A DNA stretch of 40,009 nucleotides from an archaeon (GTDB taxonomy: Archaea > Iainarchaeota > Iainarchaeia > Iainarchaeales > 1-14-0-10-31-34), in assembly GCA_043815885.1 (NCBI GenBank), contig JBDRIL010000031.1:1-40009 (forward strand). The letters run 5' to 3'. Below, piece after piece: positions 26,947-36,447 of this stretch (positions are counted from its first letter, which is position 1; each line of letters begins with the position of its first letter). The translations under genes and the position numbers were made by a program. The notes beneath the pieces were generated by a model that was not told where the DNA came from, made no database searches, and was given only the letters and a program-made list of their open reading frames with translations.

Positions 26947-27558
26947 TTATTTCTTTATGCGCTTTAGCCTGAAGATGTCTTCTCTTTCCATTTCCTCTAA
27001 GCGCATTCTAATGAAGGCAGCGCTTTCCTGCATTCCAGGGATTACCCTAAATTCCAGTGCATTCACTCTTCTCTTGGTTTTATCTATTTCAACCAAGAGT
27101 TTTCTCAGGGTGTTCTCTATTTCTGCTGCAGTAATGATGTTCTTAAGTAAAACTTCGTAGCCTTCTGCTGCATCATCAATGTAAGAGGAAGTACCGATTA
27201 TTCCGTAGCCTCTTTCCTGGAATGCTTTTACCTCGTGGTCTGAACGAACCTCTGGAACAACTACCCCCATTACATTCCTTGTTTTTACTTGAATGTCTGC
27301 TTTATGCTTCAATGCAAGGGAAGCTGATTTTACTGGAATTGTTCCGTCAACTGCTCTGGCTAAATCAATGGAAAGCTTTGCTTTTTTGTAGTTGTCTCCT
27401 AACTCTGATTTGGTTTTCTTTGCTTCTTCCAGTACCTTAAAGAATTCCTGAATCAATCCGTCCCTTTTTCTTTTAAGCAAGGCATGCCCAGCAGAAGCAA
27501 GCTTTATTCTCTTATTTAATTTAATTAGTTCGGATCGGGTTGGATTAATTCTCGCCAA
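26947..27558 (-). CDS. atpD: A/V-type ATP synthase subunit D
   Basis: PTRSEL, GH.LLK.KRD.L, NVMGV, TKRRVNALE..IP. Confidence 0.96.
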   Translation of the reverse strand: MARINPTRSELIKLNKRIKLASAGHALLKRKRDGLIQEFFKVLEEAKKTKSELGDNYKKAKLSIDLARAVDGTIPVKSASLALKHKADIQVKTRNVMGVVVPEVRSDHEVKAFQERGYGIIGTSSYIDDAAEGYEVLLKNIITAAEIENTLRKLLVEIDKTKRRVNALEFRVIPGMQESAAFIRMRLEEMEREDIFRLKRIKK

Positions 27559-27563
27559 TCAAT

Positions 27564-29129
27564 TCACCTTTTATTTCTGGCTTTCTTTTTTGGTTTTGAT
27601 TTGGGATTTTTCTTTGGTTTACTTTTTTTAGGATTTGAGTTGTTTTTTGGAAGAGATTCCTTTTTCTCTTCCTTCTTTTCTTCTTTTGCGCCACTACTTT
27701 TTTCAAAAGCGGTGTTTTCTTTCGGGGCTTCTTTTTTTGTTTTCTGTATTCCTTTTTCCAGCTCATCCCTTTTTTCCTTTGAACCATATTTTTCAATCAA
27801 GCTGTCATCAATCCTTGTGAGTTCTGAGACTGGAAGAATGGAGAGCAATTCCCATCCTAAATCAAGTGTTTCTTTGATGCTTCTCTCTTCGTACTTTCCC
27901 TGCTTTACAAAGCTTTTCTCGAATTTTTCTGCAAACTGCAGATACTTTCTGTCTCTCTCGCTTAAGGCTTCTTCTCCAACTATTGCAACTAATCCTCTGA
28001 GAGAACGCCCTTCAGCATAAGCCGCATAGAGCTGGTTAGATACAGCTGAATGGTCTTCTCTGGTGTTTTTTTCACCTATCCCTGACTTCATTAATCTTGA
28101 AAGGCATGGAAGAACATCAATCGGGGGATAAATTCCCTTCATATGAAGCTCTCTTCCTAAAACTATCTGTCCTTCAGTGATATATCCAGTTAAGTCAGGA
28201 ATTGGGTGAGTGATGTCGTCTCCTGGCATGGTTAGAATTGGAAGCTGGGTTATTGATCCTTTCTTTCCTTTTATGATTCCGGCTCTTTCATAGATTGAAG
28301 CGAAATCAGTGTACATGTATCCAGGATAGCCTCTTCTTCCTGGAACCTCTTCCCTTGCTGCTCCTATTTCTCTTAATGCTTCTGCATAGTTTGTCATGTC
28401 TGTAAGTATAACCAGTACATGCATTTCGTGTTTATATGCAAGGTATTCTGCTGCAGTTAAAGCCATTCTTGGAGTAATCAATCTTTCAATTGCCGGGTTA
28501 TTAGCCAGATTCAGGAACATTACTGTTCTTTCCAATGCTCCTGTTTTTTCAAAGTCTTTTCTGAATAACTGTGCTTCTTCATTTGTTATTCCCATTGCAG
28601 CAAATATTACTGCAAAGTTTCCCTCAATCTTTACCTGTCTTGCAATCTGCAAAGCGATTTCATTGTGTGGAAGACCAGACCCGGAAAAGATTGGAAGTTT
28701 TTGTCCTTTCACCAATGTATTCATTCCGTCAAGTGTTGAAATTCCTGTCTGAATAAAGTCTCTTGGAGGAGACCTTGCATCAGGATTTATTGCTGCCCCG
28801 ATGATATCTCTCTTTTCATCCGGAATTATTTCAGGGCCTCCGTCTATTGGATCGCCTAAACCTGAAAGCACTCTCCCAAGCATGTCCTTGCTGCAGTTGA
28901 GTTTAATGGTTTCCCCAGTAAAACTTACAACTGATTCCCTGTCCATGGCAGAAGTTCCTTCAAATACCTGCACTACCACTACGTCTTCGGAAGAGTCCAG
29001 TACCTGACCCCTTTTAATGCTTCCATCCCCTAGCTTTATGTTCACTAATTCCCCGTATCCTATTGGATGGGTTTTTTCCACAAAAATCAGTGGTCCTGCA
29101 ATTTTTTCTATTGTCCTGTATTCCTTCAA
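27564..29129 (-). CDS. atpB: A/V-type ATP synthase subunit B with ~70-aa Lys-rich C-terminal extension
   Basis: [49 protein letters not shown] start with GAGGTG RBS. Confidence 0.97.
   Translation of the reverse strand: MKEYRTIEKIAGPLIFVEKTHPIGYGELVNIKLGDGSIKRGQVLDSSEDVVVVQVFEGTSAMDRESVVSFTGETIKLNCSKDMLGRVLSGLGDPIDGGPEIIPDEKRDIIGAAINPDARSPPRDFIQTGISTLDGMNTLVKGQKLPIFSGSGLPHNEIALQIARQVKIEGNFAVIFAAMGITNEEAQLFRKDFEKTGALERTVMFLNLANNPAIERLITPRMALTAAEYLAYKHEMHVLVILTDMTNYAEALREIGAAREEVPGRRGYPGYMYTDFASIYERAGIIKGKKGSITQLPILTMPGDDITHPIPDLTGYITEGQIVLGRELHMKGIYPPIDVLPCLSRLMKSGIGEKNTREDHSAVSNQLYAAYAEGRSLRGLVAIVGEEALSERDRKYLQFAEKFEKSFVKQGKYEERSIKETLDLGWELLSILPVSELTRIDDSLIEKYGSKEKRDELEKGIQKTKKEAPKENTAFEKSSGAKEEKKEEKKESLPKNNSNPKKSKPKKNPKSKPKKKARNKR
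27689..27718 (+). repeat. Hairpin repeat (type 2) embedded in the atpB coding tail
   Basis: CGCCACTACTTTT-TTC-AAAAGCGGTGTTTT; 26/30 identical to intergenic 38082-38111. Confidence 0.72.
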
Positions 29130-29145
29130 CTTAAAACACCTCTAT

Positions 29146-29203
29146 AAAAAAAACTTTTCTCAAAAGTTTTATCAAAAAACATTGTATGCCTCCGGTATAC
29201 AAT
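29146..29203 (+). repeat. Double-hairpin repeat (type 1) between atpA and atpB
   Basis: AAAACTTTT-CTC-AAAAGTTTTATCAAAAAAC followed by ATTGTATGCC-TCC-GGTATACAAT. Confidence 0.85.
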
Positions 29204-29208
29204 AAAAA

Positions 29209-30957
29209 TCATTTTGTGATTTCCTTGAATTCATTCTCCATCTGTTTAGTTATTTTTTCCATTTCTGAATTAAAGTTTTTTTCTTCAATAAAGCGTGCCT
29301 TGGTTAATTTTGTTTTACTGTCGACATTGGTTATTGATTCCACTGCTACACCCATTTCCACTGCAGCATTGGCTAACTTAGCATAATTTAATATTCCTTT
29401 AAGTATTCCGTATTGCTTTTTCAGGCTGCAGTATGAGTCAACCTTATGGTAAGCATTCTGCTGCAGGAATCCTTCCCTTATTACTCTTGCTACTTCTAAA
29501 GTAACTCTTTCTTTTTCAGGCAAGGCATCAGAGCCAATCAATTGGACTATTTCCTGCAAGGAAGCTTCTTCCTGGAGGATTCTCATTATTTCCTTTCTTA
29601 CCTCTGGCCAGTCCTTTGCAATGTTTTCAGCATACCATTCTCCCATTGGTTCTGCATAAAGGGAATAGCTTTCCAGCCAATTAATCGATGGAAAGTGCCT
29701 TCTCTGGGCGAGTTTTGCATCCAGCGCCCAAAAGGTTTTGGTTATCTTTAAAGTATTCTGTGTTACTGGTTCAGAGAAGTCTCCTCCTGGAGGGCTTACT
29801 GCTCCAATTGCTGTAACGCTTCCTATTCTTTCAGGAGAGCCTAAGCATTTTGTTCTTCCTGTTCTTTCATAGAATTCTGACAGCCTTGCTGCAAGGTAAG
29901 CAGGATATCCTTCTTCTCCTGGCATTTCCTCTAAACGGGAAGAGATTTCCCTCATTGCTTCAGCCCATCTTGAGGTTGAATCAGCCATTAGGCTTACATC
30001 ATATCCTTGATCCCTGAAGTATTCAGCGATAGTCATTCCAGTATACACTGATGCTTCTCTTGCAGCAACAGGCATATTAGAGGTATTTGCAATCAATACA
30101 GTTCTCTCCATTAATGGACGGCCAGTTTTAACGTCAAGCAGTTCAGGGAATTCAGTTAATACTTCAGTCATTTCGTTTCCTCTTTCCCCGCAACCAATGT
30201 ATACAACGATTTCTGTATCGCTCCATTTTGCGAGCTGCTGCTGGATTACTGTTTTTCCGCTTCCGAATGGCCCTGGAATGCTTCCTGCCCCGCCTTTGGC
30301 AATAGGGAATAATGAATCAAGAATTCTCTGTCCTGTAACCATTGGAATTTCAGACATCAGTTTTTCTTTTACTGGGCGGGGTTTTCTTACTGGCCATTTG
30401 TGGCTGAGCTTCAGTTTAGTTCCGTTGCTTAATTCTCCAATTGTTTCTGTTACTGTAAAGCTTCCAGAATTAACTTCCTTTATTGTTCCACTTACCCCTG
30501 GAGGCAATAAAATTTTGTGTTTAATGTTTTGTGTTTCCTGGACTTCTCCAATAACACTTCCTTCTATTAGCTTGTCTCCTTTTTTCACGAGCGAAGTGAA
30601 TTTCCATTTCTTTTTCTGGTCCAATCCAGGAAGGCTTAAACCTCTCTGGATGAAGTCTCCTAACTCTTCCCTTAATCTTGGAAGAGGCCTCTGTATTCCG
30701 TCGTAAATAGTTGAAATTAATCCTGGACCTAAATCAATTGAGAGAGGCATTCCTGTATTCTCTACTTTTTCTCCTGGCTTTATTCCAGTAGTGTCTTCGT
30801 AGACCTGAATAATTGTTTTATCTCCTTCAATCTGGATTACTTCTCCCATTAATTCTTCTTTTCCTACCTTCACTAAATCATACATCTTTGCTTTCAGGCC
30901 TTTTGCTGTTACAACTGGGCCTGAAATCCTGTATATTTCTGCTTTTAGCTTTTCCAT
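29209..30957 (-). CDS. atpA: A/V-type ATP synthase subunit A
   Basis: [39 protein letters not shown]; no intein. Confidence 0.97.
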   Translation of the reverse strand: MEKLKAEIYRISGPVVTAKGLKAKMYDLVKVGKEELMGEVIQIEGDKTIIQVYEDTTGIKPGEKVENTGMPLSIDLGPGLISTIYDGIQRPLPRLREELGDFIQRGLSLPGLDQKKKWKFTSLVKKGDKLIEGSVIGEVQETQNIKHKILLPPGVSGTIKEVNSGSFTVTETIGELSNGTKLKLSHKWPVRKPRPVKEKLMSEIPMVTGQRILDSLFPIAKGGAGSIPGPFGSGKTVIQQQLAKWSDTEIVVYIGCGERGNEMTEVLTEFPELLDVKTGRPLMERTVLIANTSNMPVAAREASVYTGMTIAEYFRDQGYDVSLMADSTSRWAEAMREISSRLEEMPGEEGYPAYLAARLSEFYERTGRTKCLGSPERIGSVTAIGAVSPPGGDFSEPVTQNTLKITKTFWALDAKLAQRRHFPSINWLESYSLYAEPMGEWYAENIAKDWPEVRKEIMRILQEEASLQEIVQLIGSDALPEKERVTLEVARVIREGFLQQNAYHKVDSYCSLKKQYGILKGILNYAKLANAAVEMGVAVESITNVDSKTKLTKARFIEEKNFNSEMEKITKQMENEFKEITK

Positions 30958-31244
30958 AAATCAACACCAACCGTTCTTTTAATTAATTGCCTTAAATCTG
31001 TTTCCTTTCCTTTGGAGGAAAGTGTAATCAAAACCGGCTTCACAAGCTTCTCCAATAATTTTTTTGTTCTGAAAGAAGCTTTAGCTAATTCTTCCTCCTC
31101 CATTACAATCACTCCCACTTCAGGGGAATTTATTGCTTCCATTATTTTTTCATCCACGTCTTTTTCTATAACAAACACTGTTCTGACTCCAGAGAGCTGG
31201 AATCCTGTTACAAAGTCATCGGTTCCAACTACGGCTATCTCCAT
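30945..31244 (-). CDS. atpF: A/V-type ATP synthase subunit F
   Basis: IAVVG..DFVTGF.L.G; C-terminal IKRTVGVDL. Confidence 0.94.
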   Translation of the reverse strand: MEIAVVGTDDFVTGFQLSGVRTVFVIEKDVDEKIMEAINSPEVGVIVMEEEELAKASFRTKKLLEKLVKPVLITLSSKGKETDLRQLIKRTVGVDLWKS

Positions 31245-32165
31245 TTAAATCACCAACTGTTTTTCAATTAATTCAAGTGGCAGCTCTGAGTGCTTGCCTC
31301 TGACAATTATCCTGATGTTGTCTGTCTCGTTTTCCTTTGCAACAAAGTAACCTATCACTGGAATCACTGTAAGCTTGAATTCATGAACCATTTTTCTTCC
31401 TTTCTCCACCCATTTTTTTCTCAGGGAGACTCTTTCTTCATTTAAATCAATCTCCTTTTCTATGCTTTTCCTGAATCTCTTTTTTCCTTCAATTATCCCT
31501 ACATCCAGTGCCTTGAATTTTATTTCTGCTTTTTTTGCTCTGGCTTTATTTAATTCATTCAATCCAATAATTTTTTCCTGAACGAATTCCTTTATCTCGT
31601 CCTTTGTTCCTTCAAGCAATTGCTTGTAATAGTATTCATCAAGCCTGTCTTCTATCTCACTCAGTTCTCCTGTATATGTTTGAAGTATTGGATAGTATTC
31701 TGTTTTATTCAGGTATTCGATTGCTTCTTCCACTGTATTGGTTTTCTGTATTGCTTCCCTCCAGAACTGTTCATCGAATTCTCCTGCAGGAATGATCCCT
31801 GGAAAGATTTCTTCGTTTGAAGCCTTTGCCTTGTTGCCTCTTAAAAGCATTTTAATATTCCATACATCCCATTTCTTTAGCCACAGCTTTATATCATCCC
31901 TTGATTCCATTATTGCAAAGTCAATGATTCTCTTGAATGAATGAGCCATGTTTCTGTTTACTCCATACTCTATTAAATTCACGCCGGAAAACCGTGTTCC
32001 CATTTCATCTATCTCTCTCTTGTATTCTGTTTCCCCTAAAAACCTTGCAATTTCCTGAATGCTCATTCTCAGCATTCTCTGGAAGTCCTCTGCTTTGAAC
32101 AGCCTGCTCTTCATTACCCTCACTCTTGTGTTTGTATAGGCATAGCCGCTCTTTTTTTCAGTCAT
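31245..32165 (-). CDS. atpC: A/V-type ATP synthase subunit C
   Basis: Y.Y.NTRVR.M.S.L, WDVWNIK..LRG, KENE..NIR.I.RG. Confidence 0.93.
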   Translation of the reverse strand: MTEKKSGYAYTNTRVRVMKSRLFKAEDFQRMLRMSIQEIARFLGETEYKREIDEMGTRFSGVNLIEYGVNRNMAHSFKRIIDFAIMESRDDIKLWLKKWDVWNIKMLLRGNKAKASNEEIFPGIIPAGEFDEQFWREAIQKTNTVEEAIEYLNKTEYYPILQTYTGELSEIEDRLDEYYYKQLLEGTKDEIKEFVQEKIIGLNELNKARAKKAEIKFKALDVGIIEGKKRFRKSIEKEIDLNEERVSLRKKWVEKGRKMVHEFKLTVIPVIGYFVAKENETDNIRIIVRGKHSELPLELIEKQLVI

Positions 32166-32719
32166 TCAGTGAACACCCTTTTATTGAGTTCACTTAGATT
32201 TTCTTCTATTGATTTTTTCAGGAATACCTCAAAGGTATAATTCACTCTGACTGTGGATGATTCATTCTCCAGAACCACTCCCCCCAAACAATCGATTGAA
32301 GACTTGAATTTCAGGTTTGGAGCAATTCTTTCAATCATTGCTTTGTCTTCCCTGTTTGAGTAAACGTATTTTGCGTCAAGCTCTTTTTCTGCCTTCTCTA
32401 TAAGTTTCTTCAGCAGTTTCTCTTTTTCCTTGCTTTTCCTGATTTTTTCCCTTGTCTTCTGGAATATTTCTTCAAGAACTTCCTTTTTTGCATTCAGTTC
32501 TTCTTTTTTCTGCCATAGCTTTAGTGAAGCAGTTCCTTGATTCAGTAAATCCTTTACTGCTTTTGCTGTCTCTGCTTCCTTGGTTTGCCTTTCTTCCGCT
32601 AGCTTTTCCTTTTCCTTTCTGAGGATTTCTGCTGCTTCCTTTTTCCCTTCATTGATTACTGCTGAAACTTTTTCGTTTGCCTCATTATTTATTTCATTGA
32701 TTACCTTTTCTAATCCCAT
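32162..32719 (-). CDS. atpE: A/V-type ATP synthase subunit E
   Basis: MGLEKVI coiled coil; IDCLGGVV..N....RVNYTF. Confidence 0.92.
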   Translation of the reverse strand: MGLEKVINEINNEANEKVSAVINEGKKEAAEILRKEKEKLAEERQTKEAETAKAVKDLLNQGTASLKLWQKKEELNAKKEVLEEIFQKTREKIRKSKEKEKLLKKLIEKAEKELDAKYVYSNREDKAMIERIAPNLKFKSSIDCLGGVVLENESSTVRVNYTFEVFLKKSIEENLSELNKRVFTE

Positions 32720-32734
32720 TCAAATCTCCTTTAT

Positions 32735-32962
32735 TCAGTTAGCCAATCCAAGGATCATTATCGCTACAACCAATCCAAAGATAACGATTGTTTCAGGGAT
32801 TACTGTTAGGATCAATGCCTTTCCAAAGACCTGTTCCTTTTCTGCAAGCGCTCCTACTGCAGCAGTTCCGATTTCTCTTTCAGCTATTGCTGTAGCATAA
32901 GCGCTTCCAACTATTGCGATTGCTGCTGACAAGGCTATTAACCCTGTATTTATATCCGCCAT
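32735..32962 (-). CDS. atpK: A/V-type ATP synthase proteolipid K/c (single hairpin)
   Basis: Two TM helices; IPETIVIFG with the ion-carrying Glu. Confidence 0.95.
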   Translation of the reverse strand: MADINTGLIALSAAIAIVGSAYATAIAEREIGTAAVGALAEKEQVFGKALILTVIPETIVIFGLVVAIMILGLAN

Positions 32963-32988
32963 TTTTTATCTCCTCCTTTTTAAAATAA

Positions 32989-34779
32989 TCATAAACCAAA
33001 CGGCGAGTAAGGCTCACCGCCTCCTTCATAGAATTTTGTGAAAAACTCAACGTAATGAAGTCTCAGGGACTGCAGGAAAGGGCCCAATATTCCTAATGCA
33101 ATATTTATTCCGTGGCCTAAAACAACTAATATTATTGCCATTACAATGAAGATTCCTCCTGCTTCCATTAATCCTCCGGCCAACTTATTCACTATCGTTG
33201 CAAGCATTACAGAGGAAAGCCCTATTGCAAAAAGCCGTGCATAGGAAAGGATATTGCTTATAACTGAAGGAAGTTCAATTATTCCTTTTACTCCTTCTCC
33301 TTTCAAGAGCAATAATATTCCTCCCAGAATGAGTGCGCCTCCTGCATATAACGCAATTTCAGGCAAATAAGCAAGGTACTGAAGTATAAGGAGAACTGCT
33401 CCTGCTTCCAGTATCAGCCATCCTCCTTTTTCAATGAATGCTTCCTTGAAGCCATGCCTGGTGAATGCATTATAGAAAGCCACAATAAAACCTAAAGTCA
33501 CGTGGACTGCCCCTACAAGTATTGAGATCATGAGCATCAGGTTAATGTCATGCGCCCTGTTCAGTAAAGGGGGATGCAGGAATTCCACTCCAAATGCCTC
33601 TCCAAAAACAAAACCAAAAAAAATTGTTGCAATGGATGCAATCATTAAGGTGCTCAACAGCATTTTTACCTGCCCCTTCATTTTTCTTTTAATGAACCAG
33701 AAAAGAAGAAGAGTAACTATTCCGTACCCTACATCCCCCAACATAAAGCCAAAGAAGAGGGGGAAGGTAATAAACATTATTACTGAGGGGTCAATCTCAG
33801 TATATTTTGGGAGAGAGTAGAGATTCAAAAAGAATTCAAATGGCTGGATTATTTTTGGGTTGTCTAAAGCAGTTGGGGCTCCTTCCTTTTCCTTCAGGGT
33901 TTCAACATAAGTTTTCCCTTTAGTTGAATTCATTATTCTTTCATTTAATTTCTTCAGTTTTTCTGTTGGAATCCATCCATTCACAATAAAGGAATTAAGC
34001 GAAGTCGCAATTCTTAATGGAGCCTCTAATTTTTCGTTTTCTCTTCTGAGGGTTTCCTCTAAATCCAAAAGGAATTCAGCGTTTTCTTTCTTGAATTCCT
34101 GCAACTTTTTTTCAATGTCCTTTATTTCTTTCACTGCTTTTTTTAAGTCGGTTTTAGTTTCATTGAATTCTTCTCTTGCTGGTTCAATTAATTCTGAGTA
34201 GCCTTCTTCTGCAAGAACGCCCCTTATTTTTTCCCTGTATTTCAATGGAACAAATAATGCTATTACCTCTCTGCCTTCATAATCGGATTTAATTAATTTA
34301 TAGTCTTTCGTGGTTTTCTTTATTTCTTCTTCTATGTCCCTCTTTACAAATCCCTTGAATACTGCAAGTGATTCATATCCTGAAAGAAGGTCATAGGGAA
34401 TCATTAGTTTCTCTAATGGCTCAATTGTTTTCGTTTTCTGGAGGAATTCTTTCTCCTTTTCCTTTAATTCATTAAGTTTTTCTGAAAGAAGGGAGAATTT
34501 TTCCCGTACTCCCTGGAGTTTTTTTTCTGCTTCAAGGATATTTTTCATCTTCTTCCTTTTTCCACTTAAACCGAAATAGGAAATCATTGAACGTAACCTT
34601 ATTAGTTCTTCAGAGTAACGGGTTGATTCCTCGAATGGAGTGCCTATTTCAAAGAAATCCTTTCCTGTGTAATCCGTAAGATGAATGAGCTTTAATTCAT
34701 GCAATTCATAAATGACTTTCCTTAACTCCTTTTTCGCTCCGCTGATCCTTATTTTAGTCATTTCCTTTGGCTTAATCAT
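32989..34779 (-). CDS. atpI: A/V-type ATP synthase subunit I
   Basis: P.Y.EIDP, FFGFMLGDVGYG, SYARL.A, LRLHYVEFF.KFY.GGG. Confidence 0.96.
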   Translation of the reverse strand: MIKPKEMTKIRISGAKKELRKVIYELHELKLIHLTDYTGKDFFEIGTPFEESTRYSEELIRLRSMISYFGLSGKRKKMKNILEAEKKLQGVREKFSLLSEKLNELKEKEKEFLQKTKTIEPLEKLMIPYDLLSGYESLAVFKGFVKRDIEEEIKKTTKDYKLIKSDYEGREVIALFVPLKYREKIRGVLAEEGYSELIEPAREEFNETKTDLKKAVKEIKDIEKKLQEFKKENAEFLLDLEETLRRENEKLEAPLRIATSLNSFIVNGWIPTEKLKKLNERIMNSTKGKTYVETLKEKEGAPTALDNPKIIQPFEFFLNLYSLPKYTEIDPSVIMFITFPLFFGFMLGDVGYGIVTLLLFWFIKRKMKGQVKMLLSTLMIASIATIFFGFVFGEAFGVEFLHPPLLNRAHDINLMLMISILVGAVHVTLGFIVAFYNAFTRHGFKEAFIEKGGWLILEAGAVLLILQYLAYLPEIALYAGGALILGGILLLLKGEGVKGIIELPSVISNILSYARLFAIGLSSVMLATIVNKLAGGLMEAGGIFIVMAIILVVLGHGINIALGILGPFLQSLRLHYVEFFTKFYEGGGEPYSPFGL

Positions 34780-35102
34780 GAGAAAACCCCTTTAGTGAAT
34801 TTATCAAGAAGGAATCTGGATTCTTCCTCAGTTTTTTTCATGGCCTTTTTCTTCAGTTCTTCCATTCTGGAGCTGGTTTGCTTTATTAGGGCTTCTTTCT
34901 GCTTTTTCAGTTCTTCTTCTGCCTTTTTTATCTCTTTTTCTCTAAAAGCAGTAATACTGGCTTCTTCTTCATTAATCAGGGTATAAACTGAATCCTTTGC
35001 CTCTTCAATTATGTCTCTCTTTTTCTTTTGAGCGTTCTCAAGAAGCAATGCTGCTTTCTTTTCAGTTTCCTTTATCCTTGAAAGGGTTTCATTTTCAGAC
35101 AT
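34776..35102 (-). CDS. atpH: A/V-type ATP synthase subunit H/G
   Basis: L..IKE.E..A charged coiled coil; first gene of the operon. Confidence 0.85.
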   Translation of the reverse strand: MSENETLSRIKETEKKAALLLENAQKKKRDIIEEAKDSVYTLINEEEASITAFREKEIKKAEEELKKQKEALIKQTSSRMEELKKKAMKKTEEESRFLLDKFTKGVFS

Positions 35103-35314
35103 AATGATTTCCGCACCAAAAAAACAAAAAAATCGTTATTTGACGCAATATATCCAATGAATTATGTGAATAAAAAGTATTTAAACATTTTCTTTAGGGG
35201 AAGGGATTTAATTAATTATAGATACAATTATTAGGGTAATTTTTTATCTTTTTGGTTTGGATTAGCTTTAAATAATTAATTGAATGGAAGGATAATAGGG
35301 AGTTTAGTTTTTTT

Positions 35315-35369
35315 ACTGTATACCGGAGGTATACTGTATTTTGATAAAACTTTTCGGAAAAGTTTTTTT
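35315..35369 (-). repeat. Double-hairpin repeat (type 1), inverted orientation
   Basis: GTATACC-GGA-GGTATAC then TTTTGATAAAACTTTT-CGG-AAAAGTTTTTTT; reverse complement aligns with 29146-29203. Confidence 0.85.
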
Positions 35370-35408
35370 ACTTGGAAAAAATCTCTTTTTAAATAACTTT
35401 GGCTTGGA

Positions 35409-35912
35409 ATGGTTTTTATGGGGAAACTTGGGAAACTCGAGGTAAGCAAGGAAAGCGGTAAGAAGAAGTCCAATAAATTATTTGGATTAGTGGTTGGAGT
35501 ATTAATAGCCATACTTGTTCTGGTTGTAGTAGTTAATCTGAATTCCTTTTTGGGTTACCCAAAAGAAATAGTGATAATAAAATACTTTTATTCTCCCTCC
35601 TGCCCGTGGTGTGAGAAGACAGAAGCAGTAATGGAAAAGGTTTTGCCTGAATTCGGGAATAAGGTTGTGCTGGAGAAAAAGTGTGTGAAGATACATGATG
35701 GAGATGAATATGTGTGCATTGGAGAGTATGGTTTGGAGGAATACAATGAATTCCTTAAAGAGGCAAAGGATTCAGGGATTAAAGGTACGCCAACACTTTA
35801 TTTTAATGATAAAAAACTCGGATTTATGGAAGAAGACAGGTTTAGGGAAGAAGTATGTTATGCGCTTTATGGCCCCCTCTACTTTGGGGAAAAAATAACC
35901 CCTTGTACTTAA
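35409..35912 (+). CDS. Membrane-anchored thioredoxin/DsbA-like protein
   Basis: N-terminal TM helix, FYSPSCPWC, cis-Pro motif GTPT. Confidence 0.85.
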   Translation: MVFMGKLGKLEVSKESGKKKSNKLFGLVVGVLIAILVLVVVVNLNSFLGYPKEIVIIKYFYSPSCPWCEKTEAVMEKVLPEFGNKVVLEKKCVKIHDGDEYVCIGEYGLEEYNEFLKEAKDSGIKGTPTLYFNDKKLGFMEEDRFREEVCYALYGPLYFGEKITPCT

Positions 35913-35924
35913 AGGAGTGAGAAA

Positions 35925-36401
35925 ATGATCTGTATTATTGCATTAATTGTACTGGCAGTACTTTCAATTTTTTCAGCTAAATACAGGAGTGGAGCGAAAG
36001 AAGCCTTCAATTGTGTTTTCAGAAGAGTCACTTTGAGAAAGTGCGATACCGGTTTTGACAGAAAAATGAAGTTAAAGATTACTGGAAAGCTGATGAATAA
36101 GTTCCCATCCTTAAGCAGAATAGTGTACAGGCATTTTGAGGTAATAAGCTGGGTTTTCACTATCATTTTATTTGTGAGTCTTGCTTTTTCAGTAATGGGA
36201 GTCTACAATTTGGCGGTTTATGGAACCTGTGACCCGGAAAATCCTGAAAACTGTCCAATAGGAGACGCAATGTACTCTCCCTACACCGGAGAAGAGATAT
36301 GCGATTGCGGATTCAATACAGACGAATGCAGGGTAGAGGATTTTAAGGTCTGTGGGATTGATTGCAACTGCCTGGAAGAGAAATGCAAGGAGAATAGTTA
36401 A
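35925..36401 (+). CDS. Cysteine-rich membrane protein of unknown function
   Basis: GGAGTGA RBS; MIC start plus TM helix, C..RR...RKC, second TM helix, C-terminal Cys cluster. Confidence 0.75.
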   Translation: MICIIALIVLAVLSIFSAKYRSGAKEAFNCVFRRVTLRKCDTGFDRKMKLKITGKLMNKFPSLSRIVYRHFEVISWVFTIILFVSLAFSVMGVYNLAVYGTCDPENPENCPIGDAMYSPYTGEEICDCGFNTDECRVEDFKVCGIDCNCLEEKCKENS

Positions 36402-36447
36402 TTTAGCAAAGTTAATAAGTGAATAGTTAGGTATTTAAAGATTTCAT

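Noticed and set aside
24448..30957. Inteins in RadA or AtpA as the source of the LAGLIDADG gene
   Set aside because: Both proteins are normal length and continuous through their P-loops.
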